A DNA stretch of 64,000 nt from Anaeramoeba ignava BMAN (GCA_028826165.1 JAPDFW010000058.1:62001-126000); one strand, 5' to 3'. Shown: positions 35,767 to 48,900, counted from the first letter of the stretch. Program-made: numbers and translations. Notes: a model not told the origin generated them from the letters alone.

Positions 35767-38700
35767 ATGGGTGAACGTTGTGCAGTTTGTGGTAAAGCAA
35801 TTTATATCGTTGATAGACTTGTCGTTGAAAAAATGGTTCTTCATAAAGGTTGTTTAAGGTAATTAATTAATACAAAAAAATAATATCCCTTTTTTTTTTC
35901 CCAATCTTCTTTTTCTTTCCCAATTTAATATTTTAATTTCAATTTAATATTTTATTTCAATTTAATATTTTATTTTAATTTAATATTTTATTTCAATTTA
36001 ATATTTTATTTCAATTTAATATTTTATTTTAATTTAATATTTTATTTTAATTTAATATTTTATTTCAATTTAATATTTTATTTTAATTTAATATTTTAAT
36101 TTAATTTAATATTTTATTTCAATTTAATATTTTATTTCAATTTAATATTTTATTTTAATTTTAATATTTTATTTCAAATTAATATTTTTATTTTAATTTA
36201 ATATTTTATTTTAATTTAATATTTTATTTTAATTTAATATTTTATTTTAATTTAATATTTAATTTTAATTTAATATTTTATTTCAATTTATTATTTAATT
36301 TTAATTTAATATTTTATTTCAATTTAATATTTTTATTTTCAATTTAATATTTTATTTTAATTTAATATTTTATTTCAATTTAATATTTTATTTCAATTTA
36401 ATATTTTATTTTTAATTTAATATTTTAATTTAATTTAATATTTTAATTTAATTTAATATTTTTAATTTAATTTAATATTTTATTTTAATTTAATATTTTA
36501 TTTTAATTTTAATATTTTATTTCAATTTAATATTTTTATATCAATTTAATATTTTATTTTTAATTTAATATTTTATTTCAATTTAATATTTTATTTTAAT
36601 TTAATATTTTATTTTAATTTAATATTTAATTTCAATTTAATATTTTATTTTAATTTAATATTTAATTTAATTTAATATTTAATTTTAATTTAATATTTTA
36701 TTTCAATTTAATATTTTATTTTTAATTTAATATTTTATTTCAATTTAATATTTTATTTTAATTTAATATTTTATTTTAATTTAATATTTTATTTCAATTT
36801 AATATTTTATTTTTAATTTAATATTTTATTTTTAATTTAATATTTTATTTTAATTTAATATTTTATTTTAATTTTAATATTTTATTTTTAATTTAATATT
36901 TTTATTTTAATTTAATATTTTATTTCAATTTAATATTTTATTTTTAATTTAATATTTTAATTTCAATTTAATATTTAATTTCAATTTCAATTTAATATTT
37001 TAATTTAATTTTATTTTTTATTTTAATTTAATATTTTATTTCAATTTAATATTTTATTTTTAATTTAATATTTTATTTCAATTTAATATTTTATTTTAAT
37101 TTTAATATTTTATTTCAATTTAATATTTTATTTTTAATTTAATATTTTATTTTAATTTAATATTTTAATTTAATTTAATATTTTAATTTAATTTAATATT
37201 TTTAATTTAATTTTAATATTTTATTTTTTAATTTAATATTTTTATTTTAATTTAATATTTTATTTCAATTTTAATATTTTATATCAATTTAATATTTTAT
37301 TTTAATTTAATATTTTATTTTTAATTTTAATATTTTATTTTAATTTAATATTTTTATTTCAATTTAATATTTAATTTCAATTTAATATTTAATTTTAATT
37401 TAATATTTTATTTCAATTTAATATTTTTATTTTAATTTAATATTTTATTTTAATTTTAATATTTTTATTTCAATTTAATATTTTTATTTTAATTTAATAT
37501 TTTATTTCAATTTAATATTTTTATTTTAATTTTTAATATTTTATTTTAATTTAATATTTTATTTTATTTTTAATATTTTATTTTAATTTAATATTTTATT
37601 TCAATTTAATATTTTTATTTTAATTTTAATATTTAATTTTAATTTTAATATTTTATTTTAATTTAATATTTTAATTTCAATTTTAATATTTTATTTCAAT
37701 TTAATATTTTTATTTTAAATTAATATTTTTATTTTAATTTAATATTTTATTTCAATTTAATATTTTTATTTTTTTAATTTAATATTTTATTTTAATTTAA
37801 TATTTTATTTTTAATTTAATATTTTATTTTTAATTTAATATTTTATTTCAATTTAATATTTTTATTTTAATTTAATATTTTATTTCAATTTAATATTTTA
37901 TTTTTAATTTAATATTTTATTTCAATTTAATATTTTATTTCAATTTTAATATTTTATTTTAATTTAATATTTTATTTTAATTTAATATTTTTATTTTAAT
38001 TTAATATTTAATTTTTAATTTAATATTTTAATTTAATTTAATATTTTATTTTAATTTAATATTTTATTTCAATTTAATATTTTATTTCAATTTAATATTT
38101 TATTTTAATTTAATATTTTATTTTAATTTAATATTTTAATTTAATATTTTTATTTTAATTTAATATTTTAATTTAATTTAATATTTTATTTCAATTTAAT
38201 ATTTTATTTTAATTTAATATTTTATTTTAATTTAATATTTTATTTCAATTTAATATTTTATTTCAATTTAATATTTTTATTTCAATTTAATATTTTATTT
38301 TAATTTGATATTTTAATTTATTTTAGATGCCAAGTTTGTAATACAAGACTTAATTCTGGAAATTATAGATCCATTGATCAACAAATTTTTTGCCAAGCAC
38401 ATTACAAACAAACTTTCCTTGCTAAAGGTAATTTGAAATTAAAAATTAAAATCAAAATTATAATTAAAATTAAAATTAAATTTGAAATTATAATTAAAAT
38501 TAAAATTAAAATTAAAATTAAAATTAAAATCAAAATTATAATTAAAATTAAAATCAAAATTAAAATTAAATATTTTTCATATATTTATTATTAGGAAGTT
38601 TTTCTGCTTTCCGAGATACAAAATCAACACCAACTGTTACTTATACGAAAAACGAATCAACTCTTGTTGGAAGAACAACCTCCACATCAAAATCACCAAC

Positions 38701-39460
38701 ACGAACATTTTCTACGTCTCAAAAAAAAACCAATTTATCAGATCGTATGAAGTTTTTTGAAGGTTTATCCGAAACAAAGGATGAACCAACTTTTGAAAAA
38801 AAACCAATAAAAAAACGAATTAAAAAACCAATTGAAAAACCAGTTGAAAAACCAGTTGAAAAACCAATTGAAAAACCAATTGAAAAACCAATTCAAAAAA
38901 CCGTTCAAAAAACCGTTCAAAAACCAATTCCAAAACAAAATCAAGTTGATACATCCAAATTAGAAGAAAAAGAAAAAGAAATTAACACACTTAAATCCAA
39001 GGAGAAAAGTTATTTGAAACAAATTGAAGATTTAAAGAAGAAATGCAATAATTTTGAAAAGGAAATTGAAGATTATAAAGAAGAAAATAACAATTTAAAA
39101 AAAGATGTTGAAGAACTTGAAAAGGAAGTAGAACAACTTCGAATGACACAAAACGTTAGAAGTCAAAGTCGAAGTAGAAGTCCAAGTCCAATTAGAAGTA
39201 GAAGTCAAAGTCCAGTTAGAAGTAGAAGTCAAAGTAGAAGCCAAAGTCCAATTAGAAGTAGAAGTCAAAGCCGAAGTCGAAGTCAAAGTCCAGTTAGAAG
39301 TCAAAGTCCAGTTAGAAGCCAAAGTCAAAGTAGAAGCAGAAGTTATAGTAGAAGTCCAGTTAGAAGTGGAAGTCCAGTTAGAAGTGGAAGTAGAAGCAGA
39401 AGTTATAGTAGAAGTAGAAGTCAAAGTCCAGACAATATTTCACATTCAAATAGTGATTAA
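35767..39460 (+). CDS. LIM-domain protein with coiled coil and RS/SP-rich tail, 3 exons
   Basis: Exons 35767-35858, 38327-38427 and 38595-39460 give [31 protein letters not shown]|[26 protein letters not shown], a complete LIM double zinc finger, in frame with ORF 38747-39460. Confidence 0.88.
35920..38310. repeat. About 17-nt AT-rich minisatellite (ATTTAATATTTTATTT[C/T]A)n, 2.4 kb, filling LIM intron 1
   Basis: Seen directly between the donor at 35859 and the acceptor at 38326. Confidence 0.92.
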
Positions 39461-39743
39461 TTTCATTTCATTTCATTTCATTTTTAATTTCTTTTTTAAT
39501 TCACTTCATTTACATTCAATTTGTTCCACTTTTTTTCTTTTCAAAATAATTTGGAACAACAACAAAAAAAAAGCAAAAAAAAAGTTTTTTCTTCTTTTCA
39601 AAATAATTTGGAACAACAAAGAAAAATAAAAAAAAAAGGAAAGTTTTTAATTTAAATTTTAATTTTAATTTTAATTTTAATTTTAATTTTTAATTTTAAT
39701 TTTTTAATAACAAGCATGATTTGAAATTCTTCTTTGTTTTTAT

Positions 39744-40769
39744 TTAAAAATCAGTTAATAATTTTTGATCCAAAAAATCTCTCAAATCACAAATAATTTC
39801 TTGTTCAAAACCAAAATCCCAAATTTCATCGTAAGTAAGAGTATTTTCATATTGACCACCAAAAAGAAAGAAATGAGAACGAGAATAAGCACAACCAACA
39901 CTTCCGAAACGAGCAGAAGGAAAAAGAGAAGGATTTTGAGGGAAATCATATAAAAACCATTCTTTTTTTTTCAAGTCAAAATAACGCAATTTATTAGAAT
40001 ATCTGTCTCGCCAAGAAAAACCGCCAAAACAAACAACATATTGATTTTCATAGATGACAGAAACATGACCCCCAAATGCCGGCAAATCAAAAATAGGGTG
40101 AATTTTGCTCCATTCAAAAGTGTTTAAGTTGAATAAATAAATTTCACAATTTTCAATTTTGGATTCATCAAGACCCCCAACTATCATTAGATTATCTTCG
40201 TAAATATGGCAAGTGTGAGAAGATCTTGCTTTTGGAATTTCGCCAATTGATGGGATTTCTTCCCATTTTTTTTGCAGAGTGTTGAATCTCCAGAGATCGT
40301 TTTTGCGCGATCCTTCATTAGAAAATCCTCCAAAAAGATAAATAAATCCATTGTGATAAATTGCGGAATGCGAATATCTTCCGCTTGGTTTCTTTTCATG
40401 ACCCGCAAATTCAATTTTAGTCCATTGATTTAAATTTGTATCAAATTCCCACAAATCATCATAATATTCATTTTCCATATTTCCTCCAAAAATCCATATT
40501 TTATTCTTGAACCCTGTCATTGAGTGTGCAGAACGAATACTGGGTTGTTTATTTTGATCCGGTTTGATTTGTTCCCATTTGTTATTTTGGAGATCAAATG
40601 AGAACAACTGGTTTGATTCTTGTGTTGGATTTAATTTATTTCCTCCAAAAATATAAATTTTATGTTGATCTGAATCGAAAAATATTCCCGATTTTGCAAC
40701 TTCCATTGGTTTTTCTTCTGTAATTGAATTAACTGTTTCCATCCAATAAATTTTTATTTGATTTTTCAT
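39744..40769 (-). CDS. Kelch-repeat beta-propeller protein; ends at what looks like the start of a BTB domain
   Basis: Repeated RSAHS/RYSHS/RSSHT...(I/L)FGG...DLW.F...W Kelch motifs; C-terminus DLRDFLDQKLLTDF*. Confidence 0.85.
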   Translation of the reverse strand: MKNQIKIYWMETVNSITEEKPMEVAKSGIFFDSDQHKIYIFGGNKLNPTQESNQLFSFDLQNNKWEQIKPDQNKQPSIRSAHSMTGFKNKIWIFGGNMENEYYDDLWEFDTNLNQWTKIEFAGHEKKPSGRYSHSAIYHNGFIYLFGGFSNEGSRKNDLWRFNTLQKKWEEIPSIGEIPKARSSHTCHIYEDNLMIVGGLDESKIENCEIYLFNLNTFEWSKIHPIFDLPAFGGHVSVIYENQYVVCFGGFSWRDRYSNKLRYFDLKKKEWFLYDFPQNPSLFPSARFGSVGCAYSRSHFFLFGGQYENTLTYDEIWDFGFEQEIICDLRDFLDQKLLTDF

Positions 40770-40882
40770 TTAAAAATAAAAAAAAGAAAAAAATTAAAAA
40801 TAATTTTTTTTTCCTTTTTTTTTCATTTTTTCATTTTTTCATTTTAAACAAAAACAAAAAACAAAAAAAACAAAAAGGAAAA

Positions 40883-42978
40883 ATGGACAATAATAATAAT
40901 AACAATAATAATAATAAAAATCAAAATCAAAATCAAAATCAAAATCAAAATCAAAAAAATCAAATTCAAAAATTTTATTGAAAAATACCAAAAAGCTATA
41001 AAATTCCATTCTTCTTTCCAATATCAATCTTCCCTTTTATTATTATTTCAAGAAATTCTTCAAGAAAATATTTTAGAAAATGAATTACTATTTGAAATTA
41101 TGATCAAATTATTAGAATCAAATCTGAAACTCAATAATTTAGGAAATTCAAGAAATTTAATTAAACAAATTCAAGAAAAATTTCCAGAATCAAAAATTCA
41201 AGAGTTTTATCAAAATACACTTTGAAAAAAGAGAATTTTGAAAAATTAAAATCATTTTAAATTCATTAGAAGTTAAATTTGCAATTTTATGCTGTCAATT
41301 TTATCTCCAAATTTCCGATTTTACACAATTTGAAAATCATATGAAAATTTTACAAAGAAATGAAAATGAAAATCAAAATAATGAAAATCAAAATAATGAA
41401 AATCAAAATCAAAATCAAAATTTGAATGAAAATCAAAATGAAAATTTGGATGAAAAACAATTTTCAATTAAATTAACAAAAGAACAACAAATCCAAGTTC
41501 AACTTCTCCAAATTAAGTTTGAAATTTATCAAGAAAACTTTGAAAATGCAATCAAGATTCTAACAGACATTTTGGAAACAAACAAAAAATCAAAGACAAC
41601 AAACCAATATATTTCAGTTATTTGTGAAAATAATCTTGGATTAATTTATTTACAACTTAAAAAACCAGCAAATTCACTTGTTCATTTGAAGCGAGCCTTT
41701 TTGGAAAATCAAACAATGATTAAGAAAATCAAATCACAGACTCAATCACATTCAAAAAAGAACGAAAAGGTTGTGAAATTGAGTCCCCAACAACAAGTAA
41801 ATTTGGAGAAATACCAAGAAATTAACTATCAAATATCTTATAATATCGGACTTGCTTTATTGATCCAAAACTCGCCCACTAAAGCCTTTGAGGCTTTCCA
41901 TCTCTCGTTGAAACACTTCTATAACAACCCGAGAATTTGGATTCGTTTGACAGAATCTATTATTTATGTTCTATTGGGTTTGAAAAGCAAAGATCGAATC
42001 AACTCATCAAACAGCAACATTGAGAAAATTATTGGAAAAGGAAGAAACAGAAGAATCATCATGAAAACAAAGGATTCTTTGCTCAATCAGAACAGATATA
42101 ATGCCAAACTCCTCAAAAATTCAATTGTTCCAGATTCTCAAAAGAAGAAGAAAAGAAAATCAAAAAAATCAGCGGAACAAAATCAAGACGAATCTTTAAA
42201 GCAAATTTCTCTTTTTTCCGCAAATCAATTCTGCAAAAATGCATTGATATTAATCTCAAAAAATCTTGAGAAATGGAACCAATTATTCCTTCAATTTCCT
42301 CCACAAACAAATCCAAAAACAAACAGTCTTGATCAAGAAAACAATCCAAAAGAAAACGAATCAAAAGAAGACGAAAACTTCCTCATTTTCATTAAAAAAA
42401 CCATGTATTCATTTTTAACCGAAAGAACATCAACAAATTTGCTTCTCAGTTTTATCTGCCTTTGTCAAGAAGATACAATTATTTCTTTGCAAATTTGCGA
42501 TGATCTTTTAAAAAGAGAAAGCGAACTTTCTTCAATTCAATATTTCCTTGCATATCTTTATTACACAGAATCATTTTGTCTGCTTGGATTTCCTGATGAA
42601 GCTGAATGCAAGTGGTCAAGTGAAATTTATGAAAAATTCCAAACCAAAATCAAAGAAAATCTTGATAAAGTTCATCTTGAAATGGATTATCCTGAATTCA
42701 TTGAAAATATCCCAAACAATAACAACACTCTTAAAACAGTTCAATTCATTTTTCTTCTTAATTTATCCACTATTTTGTTAATGAAGGGAAATGTTCGTGA
42801 AGCTGAAAATTCTATTAAACAATGTCTTGAAATTTCTCCCAAAGATTCAAAAGTTTTCCTTACTCTTGCTTACATTCAAATCAAAAAGAAAAATTTCAAA
42901 TTTGCTTCTCATATTTTAATTACAAACTCTTTACATCCTGATCAAATTGAAAATCCTGAAACAGAAAAAGAAATTTAA
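40883..42978 (+). CDS. CNOT10: CCR4-NOT subunit 10-like TPR protein; 5' part (40883-41340) has apparent frameshifts
   Basis: NNLGLIYLQLKKP, YNIGLALLIQNSPTKAFEAF...FYNNPRIWIRLTESII, IIGKGRNRRIIM and LAYLYYTESFCLLG match CNOT10 motifs. The upstream ATG at 40883 is joined only through shifted frames. Confidence 0.75.
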
Positions 42979-43081
42979 CTGAAAGAGAAAATTAATTGGA
43001 AGAAGAAGAAGAAGAAAAAAACGAAAATTTATTTAATTTGATTAATTTTCTTTTCTTTTCCAAATAAAAAGCAAAAAAGAA

Positions 43082-43118
<37 letters not shown>

Positions 43119-43122
43119 TTTC

Positions 43123-45642
43123 CTATTTTTCAATTGATTTTTTAATCCATTCAAATCCTTCTTTTATTCCTTCTCCTTTAATTGCGCTACAAGGTTTGAC
43201 AATCCAATGATGAGATGTTAATGTTCTTAAAGATAGTTTCTCAACAATTTCTTTTGGTTTACAAGCTGTTGGAAGTTCTTGTTTATTAGCAAAAATTAAA
43301 ACTGGAAGATTTTTAGATTCTTCATGTGAAAGCAATCCTAATAATTTTGTTTTAACTTCATCAAATCTAAATTGGTCTGTGGAATCAATAACAAAAATAA
43401 TAGCATCAGCTCCAGGTAAATAATGATTCCATATATAATAAATCATTGAACCTTTTTAAACAATCAAGAAAGAAAGGAAAAAAAAAATTATTTTTATTTG
43501 ATTAATTTGAATTGATTAAAAAAAAAAAGCAAAAAATTGATTTGCCTGCATTAATTCAAAATTATTCAAATTATTTTATTTAATTCAAATTATTTTATTC
43601 AAATTATTTTATTTAATTCAAATTTATTCAAATTATTTAATTCAAATTAAATTACCTCCTCCAATATCCCAAATTTCAAATTTTTGATTGGAAATTGTAA
43701 CTGTTTCAACATTAAATCCAACTGTTGGAATTGTTGTTAAAACTGAATCAGGTAAAGCTAATCGATAAAGAATTGATGTTTTTCCACTTGCATCTAATCC
43801 AAAAATAATTGTTTTAATTAATTTTTTCTTTTTCATCTTCTTTTTATTCTTCTTTTTCTTCAGTTTTGGATCAACATTATCATTCTCATTAAATTGAACA
43901 GGAAATCCTTCTAAAAACCCATTTTCTTCAAAATACTTTTTTCTATAAACCTTTTTCCAGCCATTTTGATTTGATTTTACACTTTGAATAATTTTCATTT
44001 CCTTTAAACTTGGTTTTCTAAGATGATCTTGCTCATAAATTGGAGCCCAAACCCAATCATGACTTGCCATATAATTCATCTCCTTTGAACTACAAGCAAC
44101 TTTGCAAAGATCTTTTTTTGATAAAAACGAAAAAATAATCGCCATAACTTCAAAAGGAATTTCTGAGAAATTTCCTGATGATTGGTCGAAATCCATTTCT
44201 TCACTTTTCAGTTTCTGGATATCATCACCAAAATTAAAATTGAGACTTCCTTTTTTCCTTGTTAAAATACAAGAATGTAACCTAGAATTAAAATTTGAAT
44301 TAAAATTTGAATTAAAATTAAAATTAGAAAAAAAAATGGAATAACACGTGTAAAAGGTGAAAAAAAAAATTTTTTTTTTCTTTTTCTTTCTTTTTCTTCT
44401 AATTTACCATCCACAAGAAATTCCAATAGCAAATTCATCTTCAGATAAGTGAACCCTTGCGGGAACAAGTTGGACTTCTTTGTTTGTATTTATGCCAAGT
44501 TGTCCATATTTGTTTCCTCCAGCAGAAAAAACCTCACCTTGCGATGTGCTCATCATAATAAAACTTTGGCCGTAACCACCACCAGCAGCAATATTGACAA
44601 AATCCAGATCTGGAGGAAGACAACACTCAACAAAAACTAATTGGTCGTCGGTTGATGTGACTCCAACAGCACTTCCTTTTCCACAAACATATATTTTTTG
44701 GTATTCCGAGATGATGATTGTGTGTTCATCACCGCATGAAATCTCTCTAATTTTGCCAATAAATGGCGGGAAATAGGGTTGGGTCAGCTCTTTTCTGTGG
44801 ATTTTATCATTGAGACCAAGTTGTCCATGCGTGTTCTTTCCACAACAATATATTTCGTTGTTTTTTGTAATTATAAATAAATGGTGTCCACCAGCTGAAA
44901 TGGTTTCAATATTTTCAATTTTTGTGTGAACCAATTCAGGTTTTTCTCTGTCATTTAAATCACCATGAGCTAATTGACCATATGAGTTATTTCCCCATGT
45001 CACTAAATGATTTCTTTGAATAAATTTTTTTTTTTCCAATTAAAATTCCAAAATTCCAAAATTTAAAAATTAAAAATTAAACTACTCTTCATCAATAGCA
45101 ACAAAAAAATTAGAACCACAACATATTTTACTAATTTTCCATTTGGTTGCTGAACTGAAATCAATTTTTTGAGTTTGAATCTTCTTTTTAATCCAAACAG
45201 GAAGTGATAAATCAACCAAAAAAACCTCTCCATTGATTAAAATTATAAACGAAAAAGCTCCACTTGAAATTTGGGAAATTATTCTTCCTGAAAAATCTGA
45301 AATGACAACAAAAAGTTTTCTTCTTTCCTTCAAAATTTTCTGTTGCTGTTTTTTTGGCAACGAATCTATTTTTCCGTTTTGATTTGTTTGATTCTTTTTT
45401 TCCTTCTCAATTATAAAGGATTTTTGAGTTTGAGTTGAAATTCCCCATAAAATTATTTTTCCTGTTGATGTTGATAAAACTGTATGAGTTGATCCACTTG
45501 ATATGAATTGGATTTGTTCTTCTCTAATAAATGGCATCAATGTTTCTTTTAAAGAAATTGGATCTCTTACAATTAAACTTGGATTTTCTTTAATTGCTAA
45601 TTGATATGTTTGATTACTTCCTGAAACAAAAAGGTTTGTCAT
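43123..45642 (-). CDS. RCC1-repeat + F-box + ARF-family GTPase fusion protein (705 aa), 4 exons
   Basis: Exons 45642-45086, 45013-44408, 44281-43656 and 43451-43123, all GT-AG and in frame (2118 nt). RCC1 repeats ([37 protein letters not shown]|LHS); F-box ([31 protein letters not shown]); ARF motifs ([40 protein letters not shown]). Confidence 0.85.
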
Positions 45643-45935
45643 TTAAAAAAAAATGAAATGAAAAAAATGAAAAAAATGAATTTATTTTGAAAATTAAAAT
45701 CAAAATCAAAATTAAAATTAAAATTAAAATTAAAATTGAAATTAAAATTAAAATTAAAATTGAAATTAAAATTAAAATGAAAATTGAAATTAAAATCAAA
45801 ATTAAAATTAAAATTGAAATTAAAATCAAAATCTAAATTAAAATTCATTTAAAAATCAAAATCAAAAAAATACTTTTTGTTTAAAAAATCTATCTTGTTT
45901 TATTGTTTTAAAAAAAAAAAAAGAATTTATTTGGA

Positions 45936-48900
45936 TTATAAAAAAGATGAAGAAATCATTTCCATCCATTGCCGAAGAGCATCTGCAAGAATTTCAGGAA
46001 TAGATTTAATCTCTCTCAAAATAATATAATAAGGAAAGGGAAAATTATCAAGATAAGGAGAACAAGTTAATTTCCCGTTTGGATAAGAAATAGTTTGCAA
46101 TTGTAAAATAGAATTAGAATTTTTGGGATGGTCGATAATAAGAAAAACAAATAATTGCTGTTGAGAATAAGCTTCAATAATAAATTTTCGGATTTCTTCT
46201 CTATTACTAAATCTTCCATCTGAAATAACAAAAACAATCTGGAGATTCTCAGAAAAATTGATTGATTGATTTCGTGAATGCGATAGCATTTGAACAACAA
46301 AAGAAACCATTCCTGAAACATCAGTTTGCTTGTCTTTAAATGCTAATTGGGATAAAATCGAGCCTCCAATATTGTCAGAAAAGGGCTTATCTAAAGGATG
46401 AAGCAATTCTGTTTTTTCTCCAAAACTAACAACTGAAATTTCTCCAACTTCAAGAAGTGACAATGCTTTTGTGATTAAACATAATGCTTCGCATGCCAAT
46501 TCGCCTGAATTGTTATCGATCATACTTTCAGAATTATCAATTGCAAAAACAACTTGATATTGTCTTTTACTTGGTTTTGTTCTTCTCATCCAAATTTTAT
46601 CCTTTTTGAAATTACTTGCAATGTATGGAATCACTTTTTTCATGTTGATTCGCTTTCCTGTTCTATAATCTCCTTTAAGACGTGTTGCCAAACTGGGTTC
46701 CAAAATCAATCTTAATTGCTCGCTTAATTCCTGAGAGAATTCATGTGTTTTGGCTTCTAATTTTTGCCATTTTTGTTCATATTCATTTATCATCGCTTGA
46801 TTCTCACTTATTTTTCTATAATTCATCTCTTGGTTTTCTCGAATGTTTATTAAATCTTCTTCTGTCATTTCTTTCTGTTCTTCTTTTTCTTCTTTTATTT
46901 GTTGTTCCTCCTTCATTTTATTTCCTGAATTAAACCATTTTCTTTCTGTAACAACTAAGTTTTCTTTTTCTTTTTCTTTTTCTTCATTATTATCTTTATT
47001 ATCATCTTCATTGTTTTCTTTTTCTTGATCTTTTTCTTGATCTTTTTGATCTTCTCTATTTCTCTCGTTATTTTGATCAAATCTAAGTTTTTGTATTTTT
47101 TTTTGAAATTCAATTATTTTTTCATCTTCATTATTTAATTCGTTTTCATTTTCATTTTCATTTTCATTTTCATCTTGATTTTCATTTTCATTTTCATTTT
47201 CATTTTCATTTTCATTTTCATTTTGATTTTGATTTTCATTTTGATTTTGATTTTCATTTGTAGGTTTTGGAATAGTTTCCATTTGATTTTCTAATGCATT
47301 TCCTAATGTTTGTGCATCTTCATCTTCGTTTTCATCTTGAATATATTGAAATTCTTCTGATTGATTTTTTTGTTCATTTTCATTTTCATTTTCATTTTCT
47401 TGTTCATTTTCATTTTCTTTTTGGAAATCATGAACATTTAATCTTTCATACCAATGTTTAAGTACATCTCCAATATCTCGATAAGGATTTGGATTTGATT
47501 TTTCCCAATCATTTTGATTTTCAAATTCATTTTCTAATTGGTTTTCATTTTCCATTTTCATCATTTGATCTTTTTCATTTATTGATTGTTGCATTTTTTC
47601 ATTTTTATCAAATTGATCTTGATTAATTGATTCTTCATTTTGTTTTTGCATTTCTTTCTCTTTTTCTTCATCCTTTTCAATTGATCCATCTTGAAATCTC
47701 CCTTTCCATCTTTTTGTTCCAAATGGTTTTTCTTCTTTATTTTCTTTTTTTGTTCCTTCATTTTTCCTCTCTTGCTTTATAATTTTCATCTAAATCAGCA
47801 ACAAGTGGATCTTCTTGTTGTTTTCTTTCATCTTCATCTTCATTTTCATCCTCTTTTTCATCATTTTCCAAATCGGATATTTTTTCGATTTTTTCATCAT
47901 TTTCATCAAAAGATTCAGGATAATCATCACTTAATGATTCATCTGATTGATGTTGATCAAGTGGATCATCTTCTAATTTGTTTTCTTCTTCTATTGAATT
48001 TTCATCTTCTGCATTTTGACCTTTTTCGTCTTTGTCAAGTTCCATATCTTCAGGAAGTTCGATATCTGAAATTTCTGGTTCTGCTTCAATTCCATAATTT
48101 GGATCGTATTGTTCTCTATTAATATTTTCTTCATTTTCCATTTCATTTTCATCTTCTTTTTCATTTTCATTTTCATTTTCATTTTCATTTGCATTTTCAT
48201 TTTCATTGTTTTTGTTTTTGTTTTTGTTTTTATCTTTTGGTTCTTGTTCTTCTTCTTTTTTTGCTGCAATTTCAATATCTTCATTTGGAGGATTTTGAAT
48301 TCCTGAATTATCTTCAATATTTTCTTGTTTTTCTTCATCTTCTTTTTCTTTTTCATCATCAGAATCCCAATATTTTTCATCAATAACATCATCAGGATTT
48401 GTTTCTCCCATTTGTTCATCCATTTCTTTTTCATTGTCTTCATCTTCATCTTCATCATCTTCATCATTTTCATTTTCATTTTTCTTTTGATCATCTTTAA
48501 GATCATCAATTTCTCCTTGGAAATCATTTTCCATTTCATAAGGTTTTGCTTGATCATCTTCTTGATTTTCTTCTTCTTTGGTTTTTTCTTCTTGTTTTTG
48601 CTCTTCTTGATATTTTTCAAGTTGATCATCATTCTCAATTTTTTCTGATCCATCATGAACACCTTGACCATCACTCATTCCAAATCCATTATTATTATCA
48701 AACGTAGTTTCTTCGGATTCGTTTCCAATTCCATCTCCTGCTTCTTTGCTTTTTTCTTCACAAAATCCTCTTTCGTATAAAGAGTTGAAAAGATTTGATA
48801 ATATATTTTCAAGTTTGGATACTTTATGATGAAATGAAATGTACTGTTCCAAAATTTGTTTGTATGTTTGCTTGAATATTCTTAAAATGGATTCAAATTC

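Noticed and set aside
40883-41340. Stop-codon reassignment (TGA read-through) to explain interrupted frames in CNOT10 and other genes
   Set aside because: The interruptions need frame changes rather than read-through, and long conserved ORFs contain no in-frame stops and use TGG for Trp.
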